From NCBI RefSeq assembly GCF_009914755.1, contig NC_060929.1: a stretch of 64,000 bases of DNA. One strand, 5' to 3'. Positions 26,611-44,550 of this stretch are shown in pieces (position 1 is the first letter of the stretch; each line of letters starts with the position of its first letter). A program made the position numbers and the translations under genes. A model generated the notes under the pieces. It worked only from the letters and a program-made list of their open reading frames with translations. It searched no databases and was not told where the DNA came from. Origin of the DNA: the human T2T-CHM13v2.0 reference genome, Homo sapiens.

Positions 26611-27652
26611 ACCAGAGAGGGGCAAGGCTGGGGATGAGGGTTTGGGGTGGGGAAGAATTAATGGTTAAGAGGAAAACTTAGTCTTGGGTTTCACACTTAC
26701 TAGTAAGGAATCAGCCACAACAACATATGTTTTTGTGATCTCTGTTTTCTATACAAATCAGGCTAAGATTATTTCTATTAGTAAAAAGTGACAGACATAT
26801 TTGACTACTGATTAAATTAGTATATTTTATTAGATTAAAATAAAGCTTTGCTGAAGGGAGAATATAATTACATGGGGTATAAGATGGCTTTCATTTTGTG
26901 GGAAAATAGTTTTATTTTAAGTTACTTTTTTTTCCTTTCAACCATTCTTTCCCTCTATCTTTTGGAAATTTTTCAGCCAGTCTGGATTACTAAATAAAAA
27001 TGTTCAATATTCAATATATGAGCAGCAAACACGATTCTTTTTTTTTTTTTACCTTTTCATATTGTTTTAGGCTATCAAGCCTCTTTTGTTAAGTAATGCA
27101 GAATTCCTTAAAAAAAAAAAGCTCATATACATAAAGCTAAAGTGACTTCATGGATATCTTATAAAAACTGGAAAACATAAATTTCCATTTTTTGCTTTTA
27201 TCTGATCTGTTTTTAAGCTCACATATATAAGTAATATAAAAAAGAATGTAGAACATGGGTTATGTGACATAAGTATCATTTCAGAAAATTAATGGCAGAC
27301 ACTCAAACACATTAGAAATGTTGGATTTTTTCAAATGTTGTTTATTTATGACAGGAATTTTCAGTGTATTTATACAATTTTTAAAAATTTGTCATTTTAG
27401 TTTCACCAACCTACTAATTTTCATCTTGACTCGTAGTACATAATAAAATACATTTTTACTGTTATAGAATATTGCTAATTAATAGAAGAACTGAAAACAT
27501 CCATTTAATATTTCCCAATCCAATTCAAAGAAACTAAGTCAATAATTATAAAATATATTTACAATTTATTATAAAATCAGTCAATTAATTGACTATAGCA
27601 AACAAAGAAAGCATGCAATGGTCCTAAAGGGTAGAATGAATATCCCATTTTA

Positions 27653-29845
<2,193 letters not shown>

Positions 29846-30519
29846 GAATATCCCATTTTAGAACCACCACTCCTTCCAGGACAGAAAACAGCTTTCTTTA
29901 TCCCAGGCCAAAGTATTGAAATATTAAATTGTCCAAAGTATTAAAATTGGACAATGATTTAATTGTGCTGAGTTGCTTCCAAGGCCTTTATCAATATTTC
30001 AAGGTTTCTGGACTTCAAGTGAACTTAGGTTTTGACCACCACTGAAGTCTTACAAGCGCAAGCCAGCTGTGTGTGTGTGTGTGTTGTGTGTGTGTGTATG
30101 TGTTGTGTATTTGTGTTTGTTTAACCATTCCATCCTCCTCTGGAATAACTTAATCATCATGGAAGAGCAACCACGTTTTTTTACCTCCTCTAGGTCCATT
30201 TCAGAGGAAGGTATAGAATCAAACATGCAACTAATCTCAAACTCATGTTTTCACTTTTCTTTCAGCAAAGTGCTGACTTTAATTGTAATTAGATAATCTG
30301 TTTCCTTTTATATAGTGTGAAAAAAAATTTATTGCACAAAACACATACATATATGGCTATGATACATACTATATATAATATTTATATAACACATCTATAA
30401 ATATGTTATGTATACTAAATATAATATAACATGATATAATATACTGTGATATAGTACATACAATTGCAGGTTCAGTGAGCTATTGCTTGCCTCACAAAAA
30501 GCTACGCAGTCATATAATC

Positions 30520-33500
30520 AAAACTATATGTGTTTGCGGACCAACTTCTGGAATGTCAGAGTAAAGACTTTTGAAAATCTTCTATTCCTTTAGAAGCAAT
30601 GAGAACACTGGCAGAAAAAGTCCAAATGAACATTTTTTAACTCTGAAAGTCAGTTAAAGATTTACAAACAATCCGAAGAGTGTTTATTCAAGAAAAATGA
30701 CTGAATCTCAGTATGAACAGTGAACCTTGTGGTATCTTGGCCTGCCCTGATCCCCTTCCCCTCTATCTAACACTTTGGCAGCCTTGAAAACCAATAGGCT
30801 CACAATAGCATAGCTGCAAAATTCAGCAACCTAACAGCTATGGAAGGCAGAGCAGAGGTTTGGAGTTCCCTAACCCCCCATTTCAAGTTTGACCAGACTA
30901 GGGGCTGGCTGAAATATTTAATTCTTAGCATTTTACTTCATTTCACCTGACTTTGGGCTCTCTGTGTGAGAGCAGCTTAGCTCCAGGAAATTTGTCAAAA
31001 GTAACCAGCAGCAATTGCACAACACTGCTGTTATTTGAGGTGGCACTACCAGTTAAAGTAAACAAAAAGATAACCAAAAAATAGACCCTGAGGATTACGT
31101 ATCCATTGGAGGCTTTACAATATTTCACCAAATTCCAGGGAATCTAGGCTCCGTGTTCACGCATAGGGCTGCACAGATGCCGCAAAGAGACCTGAGACCT
31201 TAGAGAGCACTGATTTCTAACCTCTGCCTGACCTTGAGTCCCTACACAAGCAGGAAATGAAGCCCACGACACACTTGTAAACTACCGCAAAGATCACTGA
31301 TAGTGTACACTGATACATACAAAGAGCCTATTGGCCAAATCTCAGAAACTTGTTGGTTCAAGATGTTTAAGGATATCTCTCTCCAGTAAGACTACCCAAG
31401 TAGAGACTCATGTGGATACACACAACAAAGAATAAAGACTTTACAGAATTAGTCCAGAAAAGTTTATTCATAAAACAACAACACCAAACAACAGCAAAGA
31501 GTGACAACAACAACAAAATTAGAGGAAGGGAAAATATGATTTTTTAAAACTAAGAAATCAATAGAAAAAAATCAGTGAGTAAAAAAAGTGGTTCTTTGAA
31601 ATTAGTAAGATAATTGAAAAGCTGATAAAAGAATAAAAATAGAGAAGACACATTTCCTGTATCAGAAATGAAATACAATTATCAGTAGTAAGCCCATTGA
31701 ATTTAAAAGGACAATAGCAGATTACATATAACTTTATGACAAAAACATGATAACTTTGATGAAACATACCAGTATCTTGAAAGACACAACCTACCAAAAC
31801 TCACACAAGAGAAATAGATCACCTAAATAGGCCCATATATATGAAAGAAATTGAAGCAATAATTAACTTTCCACAAGAGAAAATGCCAAGCTCATATTTT
31901 TTTTTTTTTTTTTTACTGGTGAACTTTACCAAACGTTTAATAAAGAAATGATTGCAATTCTATTTCATATCTTCCAGAAAATAGAAGTAGAAAAGCAATT
32001 CCTAAATCAGTGTATGAGGCCAGTATTACCCTAATACCAAAACTGGATAAAGATATTATGAGAAAATAAAACTACAGACCAGGATTTCTCATAAGTAAAT
32101 ACAAAAATTCTACATGAAATTATAGTGCATCAAATCCAACAATATATAAAATGCCTCATATACCATGATCAAGTGGGATTTATCTTAGGTGTTCATGGCT
32201 GGCTCAGTATTTTTAAATCAATGTAATCCATCACATCAAAAGGCCTAAGAAGAAAAATTACATGTTCATATCAATTAATGCAGAAAAGGCATTTGAAACA
32301 AAATGCAGACACATCCATTCATGATTAAGAACAACTGTCATCAAATTAACAATAGAGAGGATTTTCCATAACTTCATAAGAAACATAGATGAAACAACTT
32401 CAGAGCTAATGTTATGTTTAGTATTGGGAAATTAGATGTTTTCTCCTAAGATGAGAAACAAAACAAATATGTCTCTTCTTACCACTCCCATTCAATATTA
32501 TACTCAAGTTCTGGCTAATGCAAAAAACACAAGAAACAAACAAAAGTCATAAGGATTGGGAAAGAAGAAAAATAAAATCTATCTTTGTTCATAAATATAT
32601 ATGATTTTTTTATGGAGATAATTTCACATAACTGACAAAAAATGAAACAAAACAAAAATCTCATAAAACTAAAATAGATTATAGCCACCTAGCAGGATAA
32701 AAGGTTAATACACAAAAGTCAATTGCATTGAAAAACTGGATTTGAAATTTAAAATATAGTACCGTTTACATGAGCACCAAATAAAAATGAAGTATGTAGA
32801 AATAAACCTAAGAAAATAGGTTTAAGGTCTACATGAGAGAAAATTACAGAACTCTGATGAATGAAATGTAAAATATCTAAATAAATAGAGAGATGTTCCA
32901 TGTTTATGGTAGGAAAACTCAATTTTCAAGATGTCAATTTCTCCCTAATTTATCTATAGACTCAAGGCAATCTCATTCAAAGTCTAGCAAGTTATTTTTC
33001 AGATATTAACAAACATTTTCTGGTGTTTATGTGGAAAGGAAAAGACCCAGAACAGGTAATACAATACCGAAAAATAAGAATAAAGTCAGAACTGATACTA
33101 CCCAACTTCAAGACTTAATATAAAAGTAAAAATCCAAGTACTGTAATATGAATGAAAAATATAAACATACCAAAGGAACAGAAAAAGTAGCCCAGAAATT
33201 GACCCACACCAATGTAGTCAACTAATCTTTGACAAAAGAGCAAAAGGAAGTCCTTTCAACAAATGGTGCTGGAACAACTGTACATTCAAATGCCAAAAAT
33301 TTAATCTAGACATTGACTTTATACCTTTCACAAAAGTTTGCTCCAGATGGATTATAGACCTAAAAGTGAAACATGAAATGATAAAATGAGTAAAAGATGA
33401 CATAGGTGAAAGTGAATGACCTTGGAATTGGTGATGACTCCTTAGAACCTATCTGAAAGGTGCAATGCATGAAAATGAATTAGAATTAAGAATATTTGCT

Positions 33501-34625
33501 CGTGAAATGCACTATGAACATGAAAAGACAAGCCACAGACTGGGAGAAAATATTTGTTAAATATATATTCAATGAAGTTATTTTGACTGAAAATGTCAAA
33601 AAACTCAACAATACGGAAAAAAAATAAAACATTGGGATGATCTGGGAAAACACACCCTTCAAAGAAGATGTGTAGAGGACAAATAGCCTATAAAGAGATG
33701 CTCAAATTTGTATGTTGTTAATGAAATGCAAATTAAAACAAGAGTGAGATGCCACTACAGACCTATTAGAATGGCTAAAACCCAAAGAAACCAATATTAC
33801 CAATACTGGCAAAGATGTGGAACAACAGGAACACTCATTTATTTATTGCTTGTGGGAATTCAAAATAGTGCAGGCACATCAGAAGTCAATTTGGCCTTTC
33901 TTACAAAGCTACACATAGTCTTACCATATGATTCAGCAATTGTACTCCTAAATATTTACCCAAATAAGTTGTAATCTCATGTAAACACAAAAGTCTGCAC
34001 ATAAAATATTCATGTCAGTGTTACTGATAATTGCCAACAAGTGGAAGCAACCAACATTTTCTTCAAATGGTAGAAGGATAAACAATTTTAGTACATTGGT
34101 GCAATAGAATATTATTTAATGACAGAAAGAAATGAGTTATCAGGCCATGAAAAGGCACAAATAACACAAAATGCATATTACTAGACAAAATAAGACAGTA
34201 TGAAAAGCCTACATATTACACGATTAATACTGAATGCCGTGATGCAAAATGCAAAATTATGGAGACAATAAAAAGATCAGTAGTTGCCACAGATTGAGTG
34301 GGTGAAATAGGAGGGATAAACAAGTAAAGCCCAAGGAACATTTAGGGCAGTAAAACTATTATTTGTAATACTCTAATGATGGATGTACAATATTATATAT
34401 TTCTTAAAATCCATAAAAGGTACTATACAGTGAAGTACCTATGGTGAATTATTTATTTCAGTTAATTATAATGCATCAATATTGGATCCTCAGCTGTAAC
34501 AAATATACCCCACAAATGCTAGATGCTTGTAATAGGGAAGTTGTGGCGAGGAGAAAGGGTATGTGAGAACTCTCTGTACTATATACTCAATCTTCTCTAA
34601 ATATAAATCTGTTCTAAAAAGTTTA
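30520..34625 (+). mobile_element. Ancient L1MC-like element (5'UTR part, degraded ORF2, 3'UTR)
   Basis: A-rich ORF2 remnants (tatgaggccagtattaccctaataccaaa; EMQIKTRVRCHYRPIRMAK) and an L1MC-type 3' end. Confidence 0.8.
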
Positions 34626-34639
34626 TAAGGGAACACTGT

Positions 34640-37375
34640 GAGCGTTGTATTTAAACAAATTAGATAACATATGAAATTGGCAAATTTCCAGATAAACGAA
34701 CTACTGAAACTGCCTAAAGACGAAATAGAAAACGTGAATACACATATAACATGTAAGGAAATTGAGTTAGTGATTTAAAAAAATTAACAAAGAAACATCT
34801 AGGCTGAGAATGCTTCACATGTAATTTTATCAAATGTTTACAGAGAAATTAATATCAACTTTTCACTAGCTCTTCCATATTAGAGAAGTATAATAGACAT
34901 TTCACAATCTATTCTATGAGGCCAGTATTAACCTGAGGATAAAACCAATTTTTTTAAAGGCATCACAGTTAAATTTGCAAATATATACAAAAATTATTAA
35001 CAAAATACCAGTAAATATTGTCCAACAATATACATAAGGATAATACAATACGACAAACTGGAATTTAACCTAGGAATACAAGATTGATTTAACATGTGAC
35101 TATGATTATAATAATCATATTAATAAAAGACAAAAAAGTCATCATCCTAGTAGATGAAGAAAAATGCATTTGACAGAATCGAGCACTCATTCAAAAAAAT
35201 AAAAACGTAACAAAGTAGGAATGGAAGTGAACTACTTCATTCTAATAAAGGCTACATATGAAAAACCCAAAGGTAATGTTATATTTACAGTGAAAAATAT
35301 AATGCTTTCCCCCTAACACCAGGAATAAGACAGGATGTCTACTCCCATTTATTTTCTTTAACATTGAAGGTTCTAGCAAGGAAAATAGGGGGAAAAAAAG
35401 GAAAAGGTATTCTAATTTAAAGAAAAGAAATAAAATATCTCCGTTTCTAGAGGTTTCATTTTATGTAGAGAGACTTATAAGGAATCCACAGAAAAACTAT
35501 GTAATCTAATGAATTATTACAACAAAAATTACAATGTAGTAGATATATTTCTATACCCAAGCAATGAAAAGTCCTTACAGGAAATGTGTGAAACAATCCC
35601 ACTTACAACAGAATACAAAAGAATAGTTGGGATAAATTTAACAAGACTTGTGGACTGAAAACTTTAAAACTTTGTAATATAATCTGACTAAAAATTTAAA
35701 ATGAAATGATATCTCATTTTCCCGAAGGAAGGTTTAGAAGACCTGATATAGATACACTAAATTGATATACAAAATTGCTGTATATGTTCAGTGTAAGCCT
35801 TACCAAAAATCCAAGTGGATTGTTTTTTGCAAAAATCCAAAAATAAATATTGAAAAATAATATATCCATTATAATATAAAAATGATTTTTAAAAAGAAAA
35901 AAATTGGATAAATTACACTTCCCAATTTAAAACTTACTACAAAAGTAGAGTAATCAAGACTACGAGATACTGGTATAAGCAGACATAAAGACACAATGAG
36001 TAAAATTGAGAGCCAGTGATGATTAACTTTATGTGTCAACTTGACTGAAACATGATGTGCACATTTGACCAAACATTCCGAATATGTCTGTGAGGGTGTT
36101 TTTGGATGAGATTAATATTTGAAGTGGTAGACTAAATAAAGCAGATTGCTTCCCTAATGTGGGTGGGCCTTATCCAATCAGTTGAAGGCCTGACTAGAAC
36201 GAAAAGAGCGAACCTCCTGCTAGTAAAGGGGAACTTACTGCCTTTGACCTAAGATGTTTTTTCTTGCTTTTGGACTCAAAATTTCAGCTCCTTCTGGGTC
36301 TTGATCCTGCCATCATTTGGACTGGAACTTCACCTGGGCTCTCTTGTTTCTCAGGCCTTCAGACTTCAACAAGAAATACACCATTGGCTATTCTGAGCCT
36401 CTAGCTTGCCAATTGTAAATCTCAGGATGTTTCAGCTTCCATAATCATATAAATCAATTCCATGTAATAATCCCTTTATATTGGACTTCATCAAAACTAA
36501 ACATTTTGTGCTTTAAAGAATACCATCTAGAAAATAAAAATACAAGCCACATAGTGGCAGAAATTATTTATGTGTCATAAATCTGATAAGAAACTCATGC
36601 CCACGATACATAAAGAACTCTTACAACACAACAATAAAAAGGCAGAACATTGAAATAAATTTGAGCCAATGATTTGAATAGACAATTCTCCAAAGAAGAT
36701 AGGTAAGTAGCAATTAGCATATGAAAATACATTTAATATTATTCATCTTTAGGGCAATGCAAAAAATTGATGAAATCACTGCATACACACTAGAATGGCT
36801 ACATTCAAAAAGTAAAAAAAGTGTTTACAAGGATGTGAAAGAAGTGGAATTTTCATTTATCGACAGTAGGAATGTAAAATGGCGCAGACATTTTGAAAAG
36901 TTTAGAAGCTCCTCAGTAGCTAAGTGTAGCATTACCGTAAGACTCAGCAATTCCTCATCTAGATATGTATCCAAAATAACTTAAGACACATTTCCAGGAA
37001 TTTGTACAAAAATGTTTATGGCAGCATTATTCATAACACCCAAAAAGTGAAACAGTCCCAGTGTCTATCAACTGATAAAGGATAAACACAATGTAGCTTA
37101 TCAATACCATGTAATATTAGTCATGAAAAGGAATGGTGTTCTCATATGGAACGTAAAATGGTTGAACTTTGAAAACAATATACTAAGTGAAAGAAGTCAG
37201 ACACAAAAGCACACACATTCTATAAATCTATTTATATAAAATTGCCAGAATAAGCAAATCCATCTAGACAGAAAGCACATAAACGGTGCTTGAGGGAGGG
37301 AGGTTGGTGAGTGACAGCTGATGGATATGGGTTTTATTTTGAGGTTATAGAAATGCTCTCCTTCATTTTTGGAGG
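34640..37375 (+). mobile_element. Ancient L1MB-like ORF2/3'UTR, interrupted by MLT2
   Basis: ttctatgaggccagtatta...; 3'UTR taagtgaaagaagtcagacacaaaag. Confidence 0.75.
36015..36478 (+). mobile_element. MLT2 (ERVL) solo LTR
   Basis: gtgatgattaactttatgtgtcaacttgactg...taaagcagattgcttccctaatgtgggtgggcc. Confidence 0.88.
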
Positions 37376-38369
37376 AGACCACCAAGTGTGTGTCATAATC
37401 TAGAAGGTGAATCAGACAATGCTGTCACACATTTCAGGAAATGATGGCTTGGAAATACAAATGTGGACCTAGAACATAATAGCCTATCAATAGGTATTAG
37501 TTGAAGTAATAAATAGAATAAGCACAATACTCTGGGGACAAGAGCAGCTAATGCTCTCTGATAATTTCACCAAAGACATCATGAAAGAAAAAACTTTGAG
37601 GCAGCTTGAAGGATGCATGGGAATCTGTCCGCAAGAGGAGATGTGTGTACCAAATTCTGCAGTCAAAGAACATAGGGCCTCCCAGGTGATAGGGAGCAGG
37701 GCAATGAGGCCAGGAACAGAAGTAATGGCCACTTTTTCCTTCCTTCCTTCCTTTCAGTTTGTGCCCGGTGCAGATTCAGGGTTTTACAGTCCTTGGGATG
37801 TTCTGTTTGGGAAATTTGCCATTATACTTGTTTTTGTAATATAATTGTCCTCCCACTGTGAAATATACAAGGCTTCAAGTGCTCCATCTGAACATTCTCT
37901 CTGTGCTAGACAGAAATGTGGGATATTCTATATTTTAGGAATCCATTCTCATATTCCGGGGTTTTATGTAGGTATGAGCATTGTTTACTACCAACGTCTG
38001 ATCTGATTTTCAGGCCTGTGATTTAACAGTTATTATATATTTTTAAAATCACAAGCAAAGGTACACATTTTTATGTGAAAATTTGGTTATATATAAAGAA
38101 AGTATCCACTTGATATTATCTTTTTTTAAAAAAAGTTTTACCCTTATTAAGTTTTTTCCCTTTATTTGGACTCAATAAACATTTCAAAAATCTGGGTAAT
38201 TTTCAAAGAAAAAAATACATGTATCGTCCCATTCATTTTGTACGTAAACTTTTCTTTTTGTTTGTTTCCTTTCATGACTTGTTTGAACACCAACCTTCTG
38301 TCACTGAACCATAACAAATCAGGTGAATTTTAAAAATTTCTGAATATATATTTATCAGTAAACTTCATT

Positions 38370-39450
38370 TTTTAGTTTTAAAAATTAAACTCTTTAGATT
38401 TATATGAAATTATAAAGATAGTACAGAACATTCCCATCTACTTCATACCCAGTAAGCCCTATCATTAACATCATAAATTAGCATTTGTCACAGTGAATGA
38501 ACCTATATTGATACATAATTATTAAGTAATTATAAAGTGCATAATTTGTTCAGATTTGCTTAATTTTTACCTAATAAATATTTTTTTCTTCTAGGAACTC
38601 ATTGAGAATATCACATTGCATTGAGAGTTCTGTCACCTTAGGCTCCTCTTGACTGAGACAGATTCTCATACTTTCATTGATTTTTGATAACCTTGAAAGT
38701 TTTGAGAACAGTTCAGGTATTTTGTGGAATGTCACTTGATTGAGAGTTGCCTGATATTTTTCTAATTATTAGATTGGAGTTACAGGTTTTTGGAAGAAAT
38801 ATTAAGGGGTACAGTGATATTTTTGTTACATAATATCATGGGCACACACTATCAACATAACTTATCATTGTTAATGTTGACCTTGACCATCTGGCTGAGG
38901 TAGTGTTTGTCAGGTTTTCCACTGAAATGTTTTTTATTTTATTTCCACCTGCCACCCGTTTTCCATACTACTTTCATTGGATTAAATAATGCACTAAATA
39001 ACTGCACAACCCACATTTAAGGGGGTTAATGAGACTCGTGCTCCACCTCCTTGAGGATGAAGTATGTGCTTAAATTATTTGCTGTTCTGCAGTTATGTAT
39101 ACCAATATGGACTCACTGATATTCATTTTCTCCTTTCTGTTATAATCTCACACTATTTTAATTATTTTGATGCTCAAATTGTTCCAGCTTTGGCCATTGG
39201 GAGCTCTTTGAGTTGTTTCTTCTGTCCCCTTGACATACCCCCCTCATTTTTTATGTATGTGTGTTTTATTTGATCATATTTGGTTTTCATTTTCTTCATT
39301 TCCTTATTTTCTGGAACTCAAGCTGATCCAAGCTCATATGTTATATTTTCTCCCCTGGTCCCAGAATCAGCGACTTCTCCAAGGAACCCTGGTTCCTGGT
39401 ATCTTTAATTCTAATTCATTAGCGCATTGGTCAATCTATGCTTCCTTCCT
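38370..39450 (-). mobile_element. L1MC/L1MD-type 3' end
   Basis: aaagatagtacagaacattccc...ttttgatgctcaaattgttccagctttggccattgggagctc. Confidence 0.7.
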
Positions 39451-40963
39451 TTGCTTATCTGTAAACTGTCACTCCAACAGTAAAAAAAATCTGTCTGTAT
39501 TTTTACTCCTCAAAAGCAATACATATAAAGTTTGTGGAACACAAATATATCAAAAATAAAATTACTGGAAATCTTTCAATAAACAATATGCCAAACCACT
39601 CTCTTCATATTTAAACATTTAAATTTTCAGTGTCCTGGGGTGACACTATCACTATAATAGTCTACGGGAAATTTTTCCTATATGATCGCATTCTTTTCTT
39701 TTAAAAATATAAACCACGACATGAAAGCTAAACAATTTGCTACCAATAGGGAGAAAAAATAAGCATACCATCTCTGCTTGCCCTCTTCAACACTTCTACA
39801 TTTCCATAATATTTATAACTACCATAAATTTGAATGAATTTAACATTCAGGGCGTCTTGCTAAGGACGATAACACAGGTTCTATCCTATAATACATAGAG
39901 CCATTATTTAAATAGTTATTATTATTTGACTCATTTCACTCAGGAAGTTCTTGAGTTTTGTGCAGGTAAATGCATTGCTCATTTCACAGTTAGTAAGTAA
40001 CTGAGAACTGAGTGAAGGAGAGCAAGAAACTAGTTTTGTAAGCCCTCCTCCCGCATTTTAGTCCACTGTTTACCACCAATACATTTGGAAACTACAATTG
40101 AATTGTTGTTCCTGATTATTTTAGCCATACATATTAAGTAGGACATGCCTACCTAATAAAATACAATAATTATACGTACAATTATTATATGTACATTTTA
40201 TGGTTTATAGATATATTTTAATACATTGAATACCGATACACTTCTCTTAACGACATTAGTTAGTCCCAAACGGGGAACTCAAATTAAAGGAAGTATTAAT
40301 TTATGTGGCTCCATGTTAGAATAAATTTGTATGAGGGCAGAGAGTTTGTTTTATTCAGTATTCTCTTCCCAAATCCTGGAAAAGTGTCTGACACATACAT
40401 ATAATGTTGAGAATTGCTAAATATTGGTAGGGAGGAGGAAACTTAGTATAAAGTAATTTTAAAATATAATGCCACCAGCTTTGTTCCTATTTGTGTAAAT
40501 GAATAAAAATCATGGCATCAAAATACTGCTTTCATGAAGCTCAAATTTCAGAAACCCATGATCGTTTCCTCTCATTTCTCTGAGGATCTTTTCAATGTAT
40601 TCATTTTTAATGATATTTTAATGGAATTGGTTGATCTCAATAAAGTACAGTTTTAATAATTATGTGGAGCTCTTAATGTGCTGGCTACTCCATTTGGTAG
40701 TTGCGCACATCTTTATAGGAATGAGTATTTAACAGATACTTCAATGTCTGATAGAAGAAATTAAACGAAATGTGTGATACGACATCATTTACAAAGTTCT
40801 TTTAAGCCCTGAAATTTGTTTCCATTTGGTTTTACTCAGCTAGGAAAGTTAATTTTCAGTTCTTACTGAAGTGCTGTATGAAACTGAAATTTCCAAGGAA
40901 CTGAATTTTGTGAGCCAAATGAGCATGCAATTCTTGTTTAAGGTAAGTAGAAATGTGGGATAC

Positions 40964-40965
<2 letters not shown>

Positions 40966-40999
<34 letters not shown>

Positions 41000-41010
41000 C
41001 ACACACACAC
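40966..41010. repeat. (CA)n microsatellite
   Basis: Direct reading of the sequence. Confidence 0.9.
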
Positions 41011-41104
41011 AATTAAAATAGTGAAAGAGTGCAGGGCATCTATTATAGGCTCTGTATCTTAATGGAAACATGACAAATGTAATAGCAATTTCTACAGGAA
41101 GTGC

Positions 41105-41475
41105 TGTTATATGCTGAGTTGTGTCTCTTCAAAATTTCATATGTTAAAGCCCTAACCCCCAATGTGTCTGTATTTGGAGACAGGGCCTTTAACGAGATAA
41201 TTAAGATGACATAATATCATAACAGTGGGGCTTTAATATAATAGGAATGGTGTCTTCATAAGAAGAGGGAGAGAAACCATGAGTGTGCACACACAGAAAA
41301 AAGGTCACATAAAGACATACTGAAAAGGAAGCCTTCTGCAAACCAAAAAGAGAGGCCTCAGGAGAAACCAAACCTTCTTACACGTTGGTTACAACTTTAA
41401 GCCTCCAGAACAATGAGAAAATAAATGTCTTTTATATAAGAAACCTAGCCTTGGCAGCCCTCGCTTAGTGATACA
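41105..41475 (+). mobile_element. MLT1B-like LTR
   Basis: tgttatatgctgagttgtgtc...gtgataca; perfect 5-bp TSD agtgc. Confidence 0.88.
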
Positions 41476-41789
41476 AGTGCCTAAACGTCAAACGTACAAG
41501 CAATAAAGTTCCCTAAGCAAAACTGGTTGGGTGTTAACGTATGTAGAAAGATGTTTTAAATGCTTAATAGTTTTTGTTAGTTTTAGAGTTTCGTGTGTGT
41601 GTGTTCTTGAAAGTATAGCTTAGGAAGATACAGATACACATATAGATGTAAATATTTAGATAGGTATCGCTATCTATCTCTCTCTCTCTCTCTCTCTCAT
41701 CATACCACATAACTTAAAACCAGTAGTATGTTGGTTTTTTTTTTTTAACCTTTTTTTACCTAACAATGAGTAGAAGTTACTTTATAGAG

Positions 41790-42345
41790 GTTATATAAGT
41801 GAGCCAAAGATAGTCCCTGTGTATCAGCCACTATGTTGTTTATCTCTTCACAGCAGAAAAGGACTGTTAGCTAAAAATCCTGCCAGTACCAAACTAAACT
41901 TTTTACACAATCAATCACTTTAAATATAGCCCATATGAGCATGTGATTAGCCATGTAGAGCCTGCCTGCTTGGCACAACCTGAGAAATTGTACCCAACAT
42001 CTGCTGGCCATAAATAAAATAAACTCTGGGGACACTCTTGATCCCAAGATTTGCCCTTAGAGCTCATGACCCAGAAACTCTCCATCTTGTTGCTGAGTGA
42101 CAGCACCTAGATACTGGGGTCTCCTCTCTGATTTTCTTCTTCCACAGAAAACCTCTTTCTTTCCCCTTCCAGATGGTGGCCTTATGCTGTTGTCTCTGGA
42201 AGATCTCCGGCTGTGAGGAAGTCCCTCTAACTTACAACCTGCTCAAGTGCCTCCTAGATAAAGCGCACTGTGTACTCCTGACACCTTGTGGTTACATCTT
42301 TTCCTTGATCAGTCCAGAAATTCTCAAACTCACTTTAATCACTGT
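41790..42345 (+). mobile_element. Probable old solo LTR (family uncertain)
   Basis: GC-richer island with an LTR-like layout (TATA-like cataaataaaa, later ataaagcgcactg). Confidence 0.45.
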
Positions 42346-43206
42346 AAGTACTTACTTAAATATAGGCTTGTAATCAATCTTAGAAATATTCAGACATACA
42401 AATTTTATAGAAACCAAATATTAATTGGAAGTGGAAATTTTATTTAATAACCAAGTATTGATTGTAAGTACAGATGTCTCCATGCTGGGATGAATAAATA
42501 AGTTAATATGTGTAAAACACTTAACAAAAATGCTTGGATCATAGTAAGTCCTTAATATTATTAAGCAATTATTGATATTCTATGTGATCTAGATTGAAAA
42601 GTTTTAATCTAGTTCATTCATCATTTTTTTGCTTTGTCAGCTTTTTATAATCATTTCATAATGTATTCACCAAACATATTTTGAGTATCTTCTTTGTGCC
42701 AGTTTATGACATAGTAGGGCTTTTCCACATTCACTCCTTATAATTTAAATAGAGTGTTTCACATGGAACTTCCCTGTTATAGAAAGATAATTTCCTGTCC
42801 AAAGCAGTAAATTCAAATTTTAAATCATTTATGAGACTGTTCTATAATCACTGAAAAAAAAGATGACATATGTATATAGACACATAGGTAATTATAGATA
42901 GATAAATAGATAAAATTATATTAAATTTATTAAAGTTATAAGACAAGAGATGATGATTCTAGGGCCAGTAATGAGTGCCGCCTTTGTTTTTCTTCTGTTG
43001 TATTTCTTTTTCTGGTCATGTTCATCATTTCCTTTTAATTTGAGGTTCCTAGCATCATGAATAAATTGGCTGAAAACTTTAACACTTTTAATCAAAGTTT
43101 GCCTGTTATGTCAATTTATCTAACATGTGTATACGAAAAATATCAAAACCAGGATGTATAAGTGTGTCCATATGTTAAGCCCCTTTGAAAATCAGAGGTA
43201 ATATGA

Positions 43207-43635
<429 letters not shown>

Positions 43636-43954
43636 TGAGAAAAAAAAATGCAGTCTATCTACTTCAATTAAACTATGACATTCTGGACATTTTTTGACTC
43701 TCCCTAAACAGACATACACTGAGTCACATTTGCTATCTTTGAAATTTGTGAAACATCAGTGTCTCAAACAGATGTTAAGGCTTTTTGAAAGATGTCACAT
43801 ACATTCATCTCAGGGACAAATTTTCCTAAAATGGGATTAGAAACAATATATCACAACTGTGGAGGAGCTTTACTGGGGTGTTGTCTATGCTTAAGTTGCA
43901 GATCCTCTTAATACTCAAAAATCTACACTTACTGTGGCTGACAGTTTCAAGCAG

Positions 43955-44550
43955 ATGTGTTCATCGCAGTAGTGCAAGAAAAGAAAAGTAGAAGAACCCT
44001 GCAGAGATTTGATGGAACCCAGCTTCTATTCATTAAAACCAATGGCAAAATATAAAGCAAATAGGAGGTGACGAAGGTTACAAAGATACGTATTGTTTAT
44101 GTTTTCCCTGGGGTGTGCTGATTGTCAGGCATCAGTTCCCTGTGCCATTCATTCCCCAACACAGCATGCATCAGAAATTTTATCAATAAATGCTTTCTCT
44201 CTCAATGTTCAACCTATGCTGATAGACCATTAAATACAGTTTTTGGGTTCACAGCTTGTCATCATCATTTGTCTATACCTGTGGCAAAGAATATCTAATA
44301 AGATACTCTCAGCATTTTGCACACTTAAACTAAGATGCTGAATGCTGTATTTTACGGAATAATCAGCCACATTAAATTTGGAGACTCAACAAGCATGCTG
44401 TGAACATTCAACATTAGGTTTAAATTTTATTTTTAAAAGTTAATAATAAAAGGATATATGTTAAGTATTATGAAACCCTGCATATACTGTAATAAAATGG
44501 TGGATGTGAATGGACAATATATGCAATAAAATTTATAATTTGATTCTGAT
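43955..44550 (+). other. Candidate terminal exon / 3' end
   Basis: ctgac branch-like site and aagcag| acceptor; unique sequence; AATAAA at 44185, 44445, 44491 and 44525, followed by a T/GT-rich tract. Confidence 0.35.

Noticed and set aside
36015-36478. MLT2 as the partner LTR or another copy of the 16-21 kb duplication
   Set aside because: Only family-level similarity, opposite orientation to the 15920-16953 LTR, and nested independently in an L1.
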